A program made the translations under genes and the position numbers. A stretch of 64,000 nucleotides of DNA from Amphiscolops sp. MND2022 (lineage: Eukaryota). The notes beneath the pieces were generated by a model that was given only the letters and a program-made list of their open reading frames with translations, ran no database searches and was not told the origin of the DNA. Positions 1 through 13,940 of the stretch are shown one piece after another. The stretch covers positions 2,108,001-2,172,000 of the forward strand of contig OZ076409.1 of assembly GCA_964187785.1 (NCBI GenBank), in the 5' to 3' direction. Numbering within the stretch: the first letter of the stretch is position 1; each line of letters begins with the position of its first letter.

Positions 1-620
1 AGGCTATGCCAATCAAAATATAGAAGAAAGCGAAAACTAAAACATAAAACCAATATTACGAAGCAACAAGCGTTGAACGAGACGAATGGTCTCCACACGC
101 AGTGCACTCAAAAATCAGAACGGTCCTTCATGAAGACAAATACTGAAAGACGGACAACCATTCCTCTCTACAACGGTATTGGTTAATATCCGTCCATTCT
201 ACTTCGTATTCGACTGCGGATTTCCAGTCACACTCATGCCATAACACAAATTCAATGGAGTTTCACCAAGACAACCACTTCACGAGAATATAGACACGTA
301 AACAACAACAAAGTATTTATTGAAGGCAAAACACTGCCAAACGTCAAAACCTCCGGAGAAAAGGAGAAACTGAAACTAATAATTACAACAAAAAGAATGA
401 GTTTTTACTCGGAATAGGTTAAATGAAGCAATTGAGGATCAATCTGGATATGAAAACAACTAACCTACCAATCCAATATATCCTGGAAGATCCGGATATA
501 ACAGACCGAAAAAAAATTCGGAAACAATTTCCTCAAAAACACAATATTGAAAAGAATAGAAGTGGACATCCAACTGAAATCATTGCGTTCACTGGAATGT
601 CAATACAGGTAGGCCGCCCC
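1..620 (+). pseudogene. Degenerate Ty3/Gypsy gag-pol remnant (aspartic protease region)
   Basis: Decayed DxGxPVT-like motif near 210-240 and LLGxxxMKQLxI-like motif near 405-445, resembling the protease region of the element at 9166-9783; many stops and frameshifts. Confidence 0.5.
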
Positions 621-1190
621 AATATTTTTTAGGTTCAGGGAGAAAAAGACTCCGATATCCAGGTTTCCCGGCAAAGTTTCCATATTCTAATGATAGTATA
701 GAATCATAAAAATCAATCGCTTTTTTTCTTTGATCTCGCTACAGTCAATCTGAACTGGAAATAGCGCGTAACTTGAACCGACCTGTCAAAAAATCGAGTA
801 ATATACTTATGACATTAAGCAGACTCGAATTATACGATTGGTCAAAATTGTGTTCGCTAATAACTTTAGTTATTTGGAAATAAAGGACAGTGGAAATTAG
901 TAAAACGTCGTGAGTTGAAGTTTAAAAGTGATTACCGACAACAGATAAGTATCCCCGATCACATCATGTTGAGTATGGTAGACTAATATCAAGCTGTTTC
1001 TGCATAGGAAGAGAACCAGAGATAGTCTTGGAGACAAAAATGCATCAGGTACAAAATTTAAGCAACCTACTTTAACCAGACATTATAAACAATGAAAACT
1101 TGCAGAAACATTTTCTTTCCATTTTAGCAAATTTCAGTACCTTTTTCAACCTAATGAACCATGTTCCGACAAAATTAGAGTAATATTCAT

Positions 1191-1658
1191 TTTTAGTCGG
1201 CGCTTCATGCGAAACGCGACTAATATAGTGACTCTCTTTTTGTTTTTTTCCATCCACACGAACTAACCAAAACAGTTCTACAAAACTCTACGAAATTTTA
1301 TGGTATCAAACTGAACCATTTGGTCTAGCGAACTGAATCAAAAAGGGTTTTCCTTTTTTCCAGCGTAACATACAAAACCGGGCGAGACTAAAGGGTCCCC
1401 ATACAGTTTTTTCGGCATTGTGAGACTTTTTTTCGAAAACAATTCTGCTCAAAGAGTCTTCTACCTTCAATTTTTGAATGTTTTGCAGCACTGTATTTAA
1501 AAATCTGAAAGGGCTCCTTTTTAGCGCGCCAGTGCGCCAATTCGATCTAAATTTTGGGTTTTTCTGGTACTGTAGAAGATAATACTTGACACTTTGAAGT
1601 CCTTTTGCTATTTCTGAGCCTCAGATATAGCGCCGATTTACGCCGTTCCCGGCTTTGT
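1191..1658 (+). mobile_element. HINE/DINE-1-like non-autonomous Helentron, family A copy
   Basis: Starts TTTTAGTCGGCGCTT; ends GCGCCGATT followed by a GCCG-TTCC-CGGC hairpin and TTTGT; homologous to many other copies in the window. Confidence 0.6.
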
Positions 1659-1734
1659 AAATCCTGTTCCAACAATTTTCGGGTAAATTAAAGTTTTCAA
1701 AAACATGTGGTAACATTTTCCAAGAGCTGCCTGC

Positions 1735-1819
1735 CTGATTCTGAAGGAGATGATGGGGGTTCGTCTCCCCCGCCCCCGGAATCGCCCCCTCCACTGGCCG
1801 CATCGTCCCCTCCTCCCCC
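1735..1819 (-). CDS. Putative exon of a Gly/Asp/Ser-rich protein
   Basis: GC-rich island reading GGGGDDAASGGGDSGGGGDEPPSSPSES on minus, similar to GGGDDAAAGGDDS in the 4101-4387 segment; splice sites weak. Confidence 0.4.
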
Positions 1820-3372
1820 TTCAGGCAATGTTCACATGACACCATACTTTGCAAACTATGCAACTTTTTATTCAGTATTGAAATGTTTTTCCAAACTTCA
1901 ACTGCTGGAAAAAAACTCTGCCACTACGAGTGCCTGAGTAGTCGAAAAATTTTTGCATCTCCTAAAAATGCGTTTTTCAAGCCTGAAGGGTCATACCTTT
2001 GGTGCATTCACGCACTGCGCGATTTTTGCAAACTAAAATGTTTAGGAAAAAAAAACAAAATATTTGCGATATTTTCAGTTCAGAAAAGTTTTTTTCCTTA
2101 CGCTGAAAGATCCCCCCTAGGAATTCGCCGATTCTAACTTTATACGAAAAATATCGCAGTGTCACTGTGGCTTTTGTTGAAAAGGAACTTCAGTTAAAGT
2201 CAGTAAGTAAAAATTTGGTTTTTCCAATGTGTCTGGAAAAAGAAAAACACCTGGACTTCGGTAAAGTCAGGGGGTTGGTTCAACATAAAATATCCCAATT
2301 GGATTTGTGAACTAGGTAAAAATCCCAGAAACTTTCAAAGTCACTACTTTTTAAAATTTACTTCCGTTTTTGAGATACTCCTTTAGCAGATATGCCTCAT
2401 TCGGTTTTTTCACTATCATTACTGGGAACAGGTTCGACTTTTCTCCATTTTTTCTCCATTTTGTGCCACATTTTTCTCGCAACACTTTCTTTCAACACCC
2501 TGCAAAAACGTTGAGCAAGATCTTGCAGGATCTTGCAGACGTATTTTGTTTCCTTGTTCCGCATTTTCTTATTCTACTTCCTGTCAAAAATCTTTAAAGA
2601 GACGCTTTAACTTGTCAAGTTCTTGCCAGTAATGCAAGATACATAAACGACCTTGTGAATTTGTTTCATGCATTACTTCCATGCAAACATCTGCAAGATG
2701 TTGAAGGATGTTTGGAAGGAAAACATTTTTTCTCAACTAGAGTCTAATAACTATACACCAATTTTACTTTTAACGAAGCATGTTTACACATCAATTGAAT
2801 TGACCAATAAAATCGAGTCGTATCCTAACCATAGCGTCGCTTTATATTTCCACATAGAGTGAAATAATATCACTTCAAGTGAGCTCTAGCTGCGATCGAA
2901 GGAAAACAAGGCGATACAATTCAGTTCAAATGAAATAAATTTCAATTCAAATTATTCAATCGCTGAAAATATACCCTTTTAGTAGACGGCGAGAAAACAA
3001 ATTTCATCCGTGACGAGCAATCCTTTTGCGATCGACAACAGCTACGTTGTTTTATTTCTGTAATAGTCATTTGGAGTGATTCTCTAATCATGTCATATTG
3101 AGATTGAGTTGACCGACCTTTTGATTGGCTTCCGAAAGTTTGTTAACTTTTCACTGGATTGACTTGAAATATAATTTGTTTAACTTATATCGTAATTGAA
3201 TTGTTTTTGTTTTCAATTGGCTGTAAACACGGCTTCGGTTTCAACTAAATTGAAATGATCTTCGTTTAAATTAAAATTGGTGTAATACATCATTTATTGT
3301 TTAAACCAATAGTAGCATTCCAATTTAGTTGAAGACCATCGTCACGCTCACAGCCAGTAGTAAACGATTTAA

Positions 3373-3690
3373 CACAAGACGCCCGCTAAGCACCGGAATA
3401 TTTTCCGCCTTCTTAGTTGACTATTTTAGTTTCTTGATCAGTTTAGTTACTAGTAACTAGATGCGTCACTATGCGGAATTTACCTGAATGAGCAAATGTC
3501 ACTATGCGGGAATGAGATTCTGAGCATACGTCACTATGCGGATTTCACTGGAGCGAGTATGTGTCAACAATAGTCAAGTAACTGAAATAGTCAAGTGGTG
3601 GATGGAGATCGTGGAGATTTGGCAGAACTTGTATAAAAACGCAACACAGATTATGATTTTTCTCCCCCATTATACGTGGGCGGAAAATAG
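3373..3690 (-). mobile_element. HINE-like repeat, family E copy
   Basis: ACAAGACGCCCGCTAAGCACCG...TTTTCCGC at one end, GCGGAAAATA at the other; homologous to 19021-19380. Confidence 0.55.
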
Positions 3691-4100
3691 CAAAAGCAAA
3701 TCCATTTCAAAATGAGCAAAGCAAATTAGATTTCAAGTGAACCTAAATAAGGGGTTACAAACTTTCAGAAGCCAATCAAACGTTTAGTCAACTCAGTTCT
3801 AAGCTTAAATGAATGGAGACGAATCACTTTAAATGAACATTGGACAATGAAAACAAAAGTAGCTGTTGGTGATCGCAAAAGGCTTATTCATCACTGTTTT
3901 TTCATCAACTTTTCTCGCTGCCTACAGTACGAGGCTTATATCTCAAATAGTAATTTAATTCATTTGTGAAACCCCCATTGAGGTTTTTTGGCACTGTGTG
4001 ACTTTTAGGGAAAACATTTTCCCACCCTTATGGTATTTTCGGATGATTTCAGTCAGAGAAAAGCTCAACCAGAGTGTATAATGTATAAATTACTTGTAAT

Positions 4101-4387
4101 TTAATGTAAGAATACTTTGAACATTCCTGCTGAGTCGTCGCCCCCCGCAGCCGCGTCATCGCCGCCCCCCGAGCTCCCCCCTTCTCCACTCGCTGCAGCT
4201 GGGTCCGATGGCCCCGACCCGCCCCCCGCCTCTCCAGGGCCAGACGGCTTCCCTCCGGCCCCTCCCCCGCCGCCTGGTCCGCCTCCGCCGGGGGGTTTCT
4301 TCTTGTTCCCATCAGCAAGATGGGGGAACATGACGAGGAAAATGAAGAGCAGTGCACACAAGTCCACTGCATGGGCCGTTGGTTTCC
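4101..4387 (-). CDS. Putative exon of a secreted or membrane Gly/Pro-rich low-complexity protein
   Basis: Strong TTTTTTTTCAG acceptor; hydrophobic stretch LCALLFIFLVMFPHLADG followed by NKKK and Gly-rich repeats; GC-rich island. 3' boundary uncertain. Confidence 0.5.
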
Positions 4388-5152
4388 CTGAAAAAAAAAC
4401 ACCATTAGAATGTGGAAAATTCCTCAACCTTTGTTGATATATGAAAACGATTTGTATATTTGTGCTTTCAAAAACGAACGCCGAGGAAGTTTTGACTTTA
4501 CAAAAACTTGTTGGGCAAAATTTTATATCTAAATATTGGACTCTAAACTTCTTTAATTGCTCCTGTATAGGTTTCGTTGTTAAAAAAACGTGTTCCTTCA
4601 AGGAAGAAGAACGTAGTGCTAAAAAATGTCTATGTGTCAATGTTTCTTGAAAAGTCTAGAAACATGTGACTCTTTCCACGAAAATGTGTATGTGAGTTTC
4701 GTCATCCAATTACACAGTGAAAACAACCCGAGAAAAATTGCTTGATAATGCCTCGGGCAACCAAATAATTGGGCAAAATACCTATGATAAATTTACTTGA
4801 AGTTTCCCAGGTAAAATAACCTCAGTTTCCTCGAGCAATATGTCTTTCAAAGATCAGGCTAAAAATTAGTAAAACTTAGAGAGCTAACACGGACAGTTGA
4901 TGAACTTACTGTGTCCCTGAATCAAAGTGTCAATTTATGAGTAAAAAAACTGTAAACTTCACATTAACTTATTTTTGACAATTACATTCCAGTTTTTCCC
5001 GAGAATGATTTGAGAAAAACTCCATTGTCCAAAAAATTGTCATTTATATTGAGTTGTTTGAACCTATATTGATCATATTCATACTTTGTTCTGGAAGTTA
5101 GCCCAGTGAAAAAATCATCAAATTTGACAGTGTGCGTAGTTTGACTCCGTTG

Positions 5153-5713
5153 TCACAACTGGTATCCGAAGATTACATTACATTCAAATGATTCTATACG
5201 AAACACCATATGGTTCCATACGTTTCGATGCATGGAACTGGATGAAAACCCTGGATGTATTGGTTTCATGTATAGAATAGTTTCATCAGGATCGCAGGAA
5301 TGATTGTGGATGTATTTTGACTTGAGCAAAATATCGCCTTTCGTCTGAATGGTCGCAGGGCGTTTATTTTTAAAGTATTCCTTACATCGCCAATCTTGCT
5401 TCTCGTTAGAGACTCGGTGCAAATTATAGATGTAACCAAGACTGATAGCAATTGGTCTGTTACGTTGGCTTTTAGAAAATGCAACTGTATCCATAAAAAA
5501 TTGAAAAACAGATCTTGACTAGGAGTAAAAAAAATAATACGGATTAACCCATTTTGAAAAATAAACTCAATTGAGGTTTTAACTGAATTTAATTAAATGT
5601 GTGGAAATGTGTTGATTTTTTGTGTTGAGTTTTCTGTGTTGAGTTTTCTTGTTGAGTTTTCTTGTTGAGTTTCCATGTGTTGAGTTTTCATGTGTTGAGT
5701 TTTGCGTACCCCC
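5153..5713 (-). mobile_element. Truncated Mutator/MULE-like transposon: FLYWCH-type zinc-finger N-terminus plus one terminus
   Basis: ORF 5153-5494 has GYIY...WRC...HNH (FLYWCH-like); tandem TTGAGTTTT subrepeats at 5620-5705 ending in GCGTACCCCC resemble a subterminal repeat. Confidence 0.55.
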
Positions 5714-5850
5714 CGTCAGGAAACTGGAGCGATTTTTCCGAAGACTTTACACCAACCCCATGTAGTTTTGCAAACCGTTGTGGCTGCCCAAGGCACTTCT
5801 ATGCAATGGTATTCGTTTTTACAGTATACCTTTCTAAACTTACCTTGTTT

Positions 5851-6129
5851 CTACAGTGTAGGCACCCAAACATGTGACCTAGTATCCGCGGAATTTTGGC
5901 CATGATCGACACTTTTCCCTGATCTGTTGTCTCTAGTATTTAAAATGTGGATCTCCCCCAATTTTTTCAGATGCGTTACAACTAATACTCTCTGGTCTCC
6001 TAGGATACTGTCCTCACTTTCTTCTCTATCAAAGTGACTTTCGCCCAACATTATATCTACATTCTCTATGTCAGATATTATATCCTGTCCTCTAGACTTT
6101 CTTGCCTTCTGCTTCCTAGTGGCAGGCAT
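5851..6129 (-). pseudogene. Truncated ORF start (MPATRKQKARKSR...SDIENVDIMLG) of a probable repeat family
   Basis: Homologous start MPSTRKQKANARKYRRSGVLSDLEEINVML at 18826 on +; both decay downstream. Confidence 0.4.
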
Positions 6130-8025
6130 GGGAACCCGATAGTAAATCTTTGATTTATTTTTATCGGAAAACTGGTATTGTTAAACAGGTTTGAACAGTA
6201 GAACTGTTTACAAAGTTGTGTCCCCCTAAAGAGAGTGATGACTATATATACTCAACCGAGGATGACACTTGCATTTTCACATTTTTGGAGTATCGATTAA
6301 ATACGATAACAAGGTTCAAATCACATGACATCAAATCATAACATTCCATTAGGGATCATATGAATTCCATTTTTCAATGAGCATCCAAATAGAGGAGCGT
6401 TCTCTGAATTGGCACCTTTTTGGATAGCAACTTCAAACAGAACATCTACCTTAGAAATGTCAACAAATTACAAGGTATTTCAAGTATGGACTATTGACAC
6501 GTTCCGCCACGTGAAGACTGATAAGAAATATTGACAAGGTGAATTTATGATTACATGTAGAGGCCTATTTAGCATAGTGGTCTAATGTGGACAACTGACC
6601 CGGTGTTGTATCACAAATGACAGTCTGGGTTGGCTCAAGGACTGGTTCTTTTGACATAACCAGCACACGATCACTTAATACATTCTAAAGCATCAAACTA
6701 TCTAGCACAACTAAACTAGGAGTAAGTAACAATAAAAGGAAGAAAGGAACATTGTTACACAATTGGGCCGGAATAGGCCTTTTGCCTTATTTTATTCGAG
6801 GAACAGTGAAATACGAATAAACGGCCTTGATTTACAAGTGACACTATATCTGGGCTACTGGTAGCTAATACGGGTGCTTATTGGCATTAGCATCTTGTAT
6901 GAAAATAGCCCAAACAGGCCATTTGACTGGTGTCCCGGTTGAGCACAGCACAATAGCGTCAATAGGCTTTATTCAGCCTTTGATAAAAAAGTATACTATT
7001 AGCTCTGCAAAGAGTGAAGTGTGAATGGTTTAAAACATGAGCTCAAGTGACGTTGCCGGAGTAACACTCAGCGTCACTTGAACACGTTTCCTTTACTGCC
7101 GTACAGTTGTATACAATTCACCCCAATTTCTGCTTGGATTTATATACATAGCAACTTCAGCAACTTCAACAACTCGATTTGGACATTCCAAATCGTAATT
7201 TGACAGACTATTAGCCTAAACATTCTATAACTTATTTATTGGTACTACAGAGGTATATTGAAAGGAAAATCAAAATAATTGCGAGTTTAAAAGTTTGTCT
7301 GTCTCTAACTTTAATAGGTTGGTAAAGTTCCGGGTATGATGTTCTGTCCGTCAGCAGATGCCGTCATAGTCGTACCGTCACAGGCGACAGCCTGCGACAG
7401 ATACCCTCTTCTACAAATTTGAAAACTTTTCACTTTTTGAGCCTTAGATTTCGCGCCAACTTTAGACGTTCCCGTCTTGTTTTTCCGTTTGCGACGCGTT
7501 CTCAATAAATTGTTCGAAATAGTACCAATGTTTCAGACTCGTATCAGCCAATTGTATTGTAGATTTTGAGCAAATAGAGCATCGTCTATCAACGCCTTGA
7601 AATGCATTCTTTTGCAATAGTACTGTACATTAATTAGTTGGGGACTAAATTACATGTAGTGCAGTCGCTGCTCTGATACGTAAAAAATATTGGGTTAGAT
7701 AACGCATGGTAAAATTTGCTCTGCTTTTTCAATCAGCACCAATTCTTTATCCATTTTTTGTGTAAAAAAGATTATTTGTCAGATTGTAAACTGGAGGTAT
7801 TCAAACTGTGGGCATAGCTACCCGGGGAAATGAACCTAGTTGCGGAAAAATGGTCTGTTGGAACTTTTTCCTCCCAAATATTCAAAACAATTCGCGAAAA
7901 AGTTGAAAAAAATAGCATGGATCATTAGATGACATGCATTTATGTGAAGTAATCAAAATAGAGTAAAATAGTTTTAGGAATGGTTGAAAAAGAAATTTAG
8001 TAGAGTCCATACAATAACAAGCCGG

Positions 8026-8231
8026 TGTGGAATGTAGAGGTCACAGACTGAACTATTTTAGACAGAGAGTTGTTTAAACATATTTGATAACAAACTCTAA
8101 TTTCTGTCACATTTATGTTACTATATTACATTACCTAGATCTCATTACATTTGGATATATTGATACAAGATAGTTGAAAGAAATCTCTTTGCCACCAACA
8201 TTGTTTTATAGTAAACCAAGAGATCTTAACA
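8026..8231 (+). repeat. 5' LTR
   Basis: TGTGGAATG...TTAACA; about 4 differences from 13734-13940. Confidence 0.95.
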
Positions 8232-8246
8232 TGGCGCAGTAGCAAG
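8232..8246 (+). promoter_or_regulatory. Primer-binding site, probably tRNA-Ser
   Basis: TGGCGCAGTAGCAAG directly after the LTR; complementary to a tRNA 3' end ...CUGCG-CCA. Confidence 0.65.
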
Positions 8247-8311
8247 ATATTATTTTATCAAACCTTCTTACTAAAACACGAAACATTTTTACCAACCAAC
8301 AAATATCAAAA

Positions 8312-9125
8312 ATGGCCGTGGCAACAAAGATACAACTATCATACCTAGAAGATACCGGACTCGACGGGAAGAAAATATTTACACCAAAAGAATGGACCGA
8401 GAGATTTCGACACTACATAAAAAGAATCCACAATATAGATATCAAACCGATATTAACCGATGATACGGTACCTACCGGTGACCCATGGGACACAAAAGAA
8501 CCGAAAATCAGACAAGATTTCATCTGGGGCCCCGGACCGTCGGCAATTGAAATCATCACGAAAGGAGAATTTAACACGGACCCTGACACAATCAAAACCG
8601 ACAAGTTAATTCAACTATTCCGGGAATACTACATGCCCAAAAGAAACACATACCACAGCCGTGGAGATTTCTTCTGGGCCAAGCAAGAAGAAAATGAAAC
8701 ACCCGAGGAACACTGGAAAAAGCTGATAACACTAGAAAAAACATGCGATTTCAAAAACATCAAACAAGAAGACCTACTCATATCGAAATTTATCACAAGC
8801 ATAACAGACAAAAAACTTCGGGAAAAACTGATCCGTGAAAAAACCCTCAACCTGGAAACCACCATAGAACTCATCAAACAAGACAGCTATGACCGCCGAC
8901 ATAAACAATCAACCATGCCACCCGCACTGGCGAAAGACAAAAAAAAAAACAAGAACCGATTCAAACAATCCAAACAAAACAACCCCGAGAACAACCAAAA
9001 CAAAAGAAAAACAACTGTGGATTCTGCGGACAACAAAATTGGACACCCCAACACAATTGCCCGGCTAAAACGGTAAAATGCAATAACTGTCAGAAAACAG
9101 GACACTTCGCCGGGGTATGCCGCAC
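8312..9125 (+). pseudogene. gag: Gag with two CCHC-type zinc knuckles (frameshift near the A-run at ~8940)
   Basis: ORF 8312-9076; shifted frame gives CGFCGQQNWTPQHNC and CNNCQKTGHFAGVC. Confidence 0.85.
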
Positions 9126-9165
9126 CAAACCAAACAAAACAAAAAAAATCAACTACCTGGAAGAC

Positions 9166-12100
9166 ATGACCTCCGAGGAAGACAACGAAAACAGCGAATC
9201 CGAAGAAATACTCCAAATTACACGAATCAACAAAATAACACCGGACAATAACGACCACTACGGTGTTGAAATAAAAATAAATCGGAAAAACCAAAAGTTC
9301 ATCATCGACACCGGTTCTCCGGTATCCATCATGTCCAAAAACCCCACACTGTACAACCCAGAGAATATCCAACCACTAAAAGAGAGATACCAAGATGAAA
9401 ACAAAAACGAAATCACAGTTCTGGGGAAAGTATGGGTAGACAACGAATACAACGGCGAACACACCAAATTACCACTCCTAATTACAAAGAGAACCGATAT
9501 CACACCCCTATTGGGAGTAAATTGGTTAAAACAACTGCCAATCACCATCAACAAAAACTCATTGGACAACAACACCGACCAAGTAGAAACAACAAAGACA
9601 CACACGAAATTCAAGAAACTATTCGAAACAAACCACACTATCAAGAATGCGGAGGTGAAAATACAGATAAAACCGGGGTGTTACCCAATACAACAAAAAG
9701 CACGACCAATACCGTACCATCTACAAGACGACGTAAAAAATGAATTAGACCGATTAATGAAATCCGGACATTTCAATGATTAGAAACAATCGAAGAAGAC
9801 TGTTTCGTATCCCCCGTTGTAATTACGGTAAAAAAAAGGACAAAGCGGTCAAAATTGCTCTTGATGCACGGAAACTCAACGACAGTTGCATAAAGAAAAG
9901 ACCGCACATGCCAAATATGAACGAACTACTAAACCAAATCTCTTCCGAACTATCAAAAAACGAGCTAGACCCAATCTGGATATCAGTCATAGAGTTGGAC
10001 TATGCTTACGGAAATATTAAACTATCACCGGAAACAAGCAAACATTGTAATTTTGCCATTACGGGAGAGAAAGTCAACGGATACTACCGATTTCTAAAGG
10101 GTTTTTACGGACCAGCCGACATACTCACTATTTTCCAGGAGAAAATAGACCGAACCCTCGGCCACCAAATTACAGTGTGGCTGGACGATATAATAATTGT
10201 GACACGCGGAACAAAGGAACAACACACACAAAAATTAGAATCAGTTCTAACAAAACTGGAAAACGACGGCTATAAGGCCAGTAAAAAGAAGTCAAAATTC
10301 TACCAAAAAGAATCGGTATGACTGGGACATACCATATCACAAGACGGAATCAGACCGAACAAAGAAAAAACGGATGCAATCAACAAACTGAACCCACCGA
10401 CAAACACAAAAACCCTAAAATTATTTTTTGGGAGCAATACAAATGTTTGCGAAATCCATACCGAATCTATCCGAAAAGACGGACAATATGAGACAATTGC
10501 TGAAAAAAGGAGTAAAATGGGAGTGGACAGAAGAACGAAACGCAGACTTCAACAACCTGAAAAAAGAATTGACAACACAACCATGCCTAGCACATTACAA
10601 CGGCAACAAAGAAAATATTGTCACAACCGACGCATGTGAAACCGGATTAGGCAAAGCGCTATTGCAACGTCAAAACAACGGCGAACTGAAAGCAATCGTA
10701 TATGCTAGCCGCTACCTTAACGACGCAGAGAAAAAATACTCCGTCGGTGAATTAGAACTACTAGCCGTAGTCTGGGGCCTTGAACGGTTTCAATTTCACC
10801 TATACGGAAAACAGGTTCATTTATTCTCCGACCACCAGGCTTTGGAACTACTGTTAAAGAGAAAAAAGACCAACAAACAATACAGTGCCCGACTAACACG
10901 GTGGTTAGACAGACTAAAATACACCGCCGGAAAGGAAATCCAATTCACTGATTTCATTAGCTGTAACCCAACGGAAACTGCCGAACCGGAAGAAAACTAC
11001 GAAAAAGAATTTGTCTTCAACGCCTTCGCGCAACTAGCTACGGTAAACGGCAGAATTGGACGGATTTTCGACAAATCAGAAAACAGCAACACGGCAAACA
11101 TGCATGATACGCGCACGCGGACTGGTACGCGCTACAGCAAAACAAACACAAACCATTCCAATTTGACCGCTAATCAGAATAACAACACCATTCACGACAA
11201 TCGCAAAACTCACATTGAACAACAACAACCGTCAAATTCCAGACCGATTTCCTTGAAACGATAAACTCAAATACCACTGGGGAGCCGATGATGAAATGAT
11301 GAAGATAATCAACAGAAGAGACATTTCACCGGAGACACAAGAACTAGTAGAGAGAGGAATCGAACTAACACGACCGGGCCACATGCGACACCATTGGCGC
11401 AAGAAACTCGAGAGAGAAATACTCCTCCCAAGACGACCGGACGATGTGGACAGAAAAGAAATCAAACGCATCGACATCCGCCTAAGAAGGAAAGAAGAAA
11501 ACCGAGTCACACACATCGGGGGCGGCTACTTCAAAAACTTTGGAGACGAAATCCCACAAGCATCCGGCACATCATCGAAAATCAACATGGAAACCATAAA
11601 TACACTCAAGCCTGCACCAGACACCGAATCCACGGTTTCCTCATCACCAGAAGAACCGGTAATAACGGAAGAACCAGGGTCTTACCCAGCAATCCCCTTT
11701 CAAGATTACCGTGAAGTCCCGATTGAAGAGATAGTTGTACATTATGTACGTATCAACAAGGTGATCGAGACAAAAGCCCCCAGAAACCGACAACAGGAAG
11801 GTAACATCAGAGCCGCAGAACTCGATTTTATGTTTGACCTGGAAAAACTAATCAAGGAAACGGCAGCAGACCCAGACCTAATCGATGTTCAGTGTTGCAT
11901 CGAGGACAATAATACCCACGCCATCCCAGACGACTACAAACAAGTAGCAAAGAAGCTGACCCACCGCTGGGGAAAAACAATGGTGGACGACCGAATTTTT
12001 TTTCCCAAGAGTCTACGTTACGAAGCACTCAACGCATTACACTTCGGCCATCCAGGAATGAATAAAATGTGCAACGATGCAGTTATTTTCTGGTGGCCAA

Positions 12101-12704
12101 ACATTAGAGCAGACATCAAGAAAAAAACCAAAACCTGCTCCGCATGCCTGAATGCCGGTAAGATATTAAAAACCCAACTACCTAGTACCGAAAAATCAAA
12201 ACTTGAACCGCCCAAACACCCAGGCGAAGAAATCCAAATAGATTTTACGGGAAATTTGAACAGCAAACATTTCGACTCCTCCCCTTTTATCTTAGTAGCC
12301 GTAGATAAAAATAGCCGTTGGCTGGTAGCGAAAATTTGTAAAAACACCAACCACGATACAGTAATATCATTCCAACGGAAAACATAAACGTATACGGAGT
12401 ACCGAAGACTATTAAATCGGACAACGGCAGCGCTTTCATCTCGAAAGAGTATGAAAGCTTTCGCAAAGAATATAATATAATCCCTAAATACGGGACGCCA
12501 AACTTGCATACTGGCACGGGATTGGTTGAAAGAACCATCCAATCATTGAAGAACCTAACAGAAACAAACTTAGAAGAGACGCAGAATTTACGCGAGAGCT
12601 TAAATAAAGCTCTATATGTCCTCCGTTTCGCCACACACTCTGAAATAAAAAAAAACCCGTTGGAACTACACTTCGGGCGAGAACCCGGAACAAAACTAAC
12701 CTGA
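9166..12704 (+). pseudogene. pol: Pol (protease, RT, RNase H, integrase), disrupted by stops and frameshifts
   Basis: IIDTGSPVS; LDARKLN and WLDDII; TTDACETGLG and ELELLAVVWGLERF; HFGHPG...CSAC, QIDFTG, SDNGSAF, GLVERT. Confidence 0.92.
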
Positions 12705-13733
12705 AAAATGCTATTTCAGTTAATTCCAAGGACCTATCAGTCTACATCACCCGCAATTCGGCCGGCGAGATTACCGACCACCTGGTGATGTCGAAGAAGA
12801 AGACAAGCGACCCGAAATACCGGAGGGGGATGACTTTCACCCAAAAACAGAAACCGTCAAATACGGTAATTAAAGAAAAAATACTAACTACCCGTTTACT
12901 TTTTTCGAAAAAACACATACAAAATGCTCACTTGGAAGCAAATTCAAACACAAACCAATAATTGCGGTCTCGGGGACCAAACATACGGTAACCACGGACA
13001 AGAACAAAATCCCACATAGGAAGCTAATATCTAACCCGATACCCTTTCAGGCTACAACAACCCCGACAAAAAGAATCAACACCAGACTGACAACAACGGC
13101 CGAAAAACCAACATGCTCAAAGACGGTGGAAAACGCCTGCCTATACCGTAGAAAAGAAGCACCGAAACCGGAGAACACAGAGAGCAGCGCAGACTGGCTG
13201 AAGAGGAAAGACCAACCACGCAATGAAAGAGGCCAGTTCACAAGTCCCGACAAGTCGGTGGGAAAATCGATGGACCTGGATTTGAGCATGGTATCCGACG
13301 ACGAATTCCAATGCAATAATTCTAGCGAAGGAAAACCCGTCCTTGCCAATATAGACGATGAACTGCAATTGCTACCCATGGAAACTAACCTAACCCCAGA
13401 AACAGGAATAAAAACGAATCCATTATCAAATGAACCACAACAAACGGTGAGAAAGTCGAAAAAAATACCCAACGCAAGACAAACCGAAAAATTAGGCGGT
13501 ATCCCATATTCCACAAATAACAATAAAAGAAAAATAATTAATAGTTATATGTTACAGGAAAACCAAACCAGCCAACCGAGTCAACAGCAAATTGAAAAGA
13601 GAAGCAACCGTAAAATACGGACGAGCAACCGTGAAATACGGAAAACAGTAGAGCACAAAAACTTCAACCGATTAATTCGGAACCGCCATCAATTACTACC
13701 ACCGGAAACCGAGTCCACCCGGAGGAGGGGGAA

Positions 13734-13940
13734 TGTGGAATGTAGAGGTCACAGACTGAACTACTTTAGACAGAGAGTTGTTTAAACAAATTTGATAACA
13801 AAACTCTAATTTCTGTCACATTTATGTTACTATATTACATTACCTAGATCTCATTACATTTGGATATATTGATACAAGATAGTTGAAAGAAATCTCTTTG
13901 CCACCAACATTGTTTTATAGTAAACCAAGAGATGTTAACA
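13734..13940 (+). repeat. 3' LTR
   Basis: Direct repeat of 8026-8231 preceded by a polypurine tract. Confidence 0.95.

Larger units (their letters stand above)
8026..13940 (+). mobile_element. Ty3/Gypsy LTR retrotransposon, Mag-like, near full-length but frameshifted
   Basis: Two ~206-bp TG...CA LTRs, PBS TGGCGCAGTAG after the 5' LTR, PPT GGAGGAGGGGGAA before the 3' LTR, gene order gag-PR-RT-RH-IN. Confidence 0.95.

Noticed and set aside
4117..4437. Pro-rich plus-strand ORFs (also 1707-1937)
   Set aside because: The minus-strand reading has a strong acceptor and a signal-like segment; plus is likely the shadow frame, though not excluded.
7311..7505. Possible small exon or ORF
   Set aside because: Half of it is a HINE end; no homology or phase support for the remainder.
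13126..13785. env-like third ORF in the Gypsy element
   Set aside because: Low-complexity and hydrophilic with no signal or transmembrane segment, and it runs into the LTR; more likely a pol C-terminal extension.
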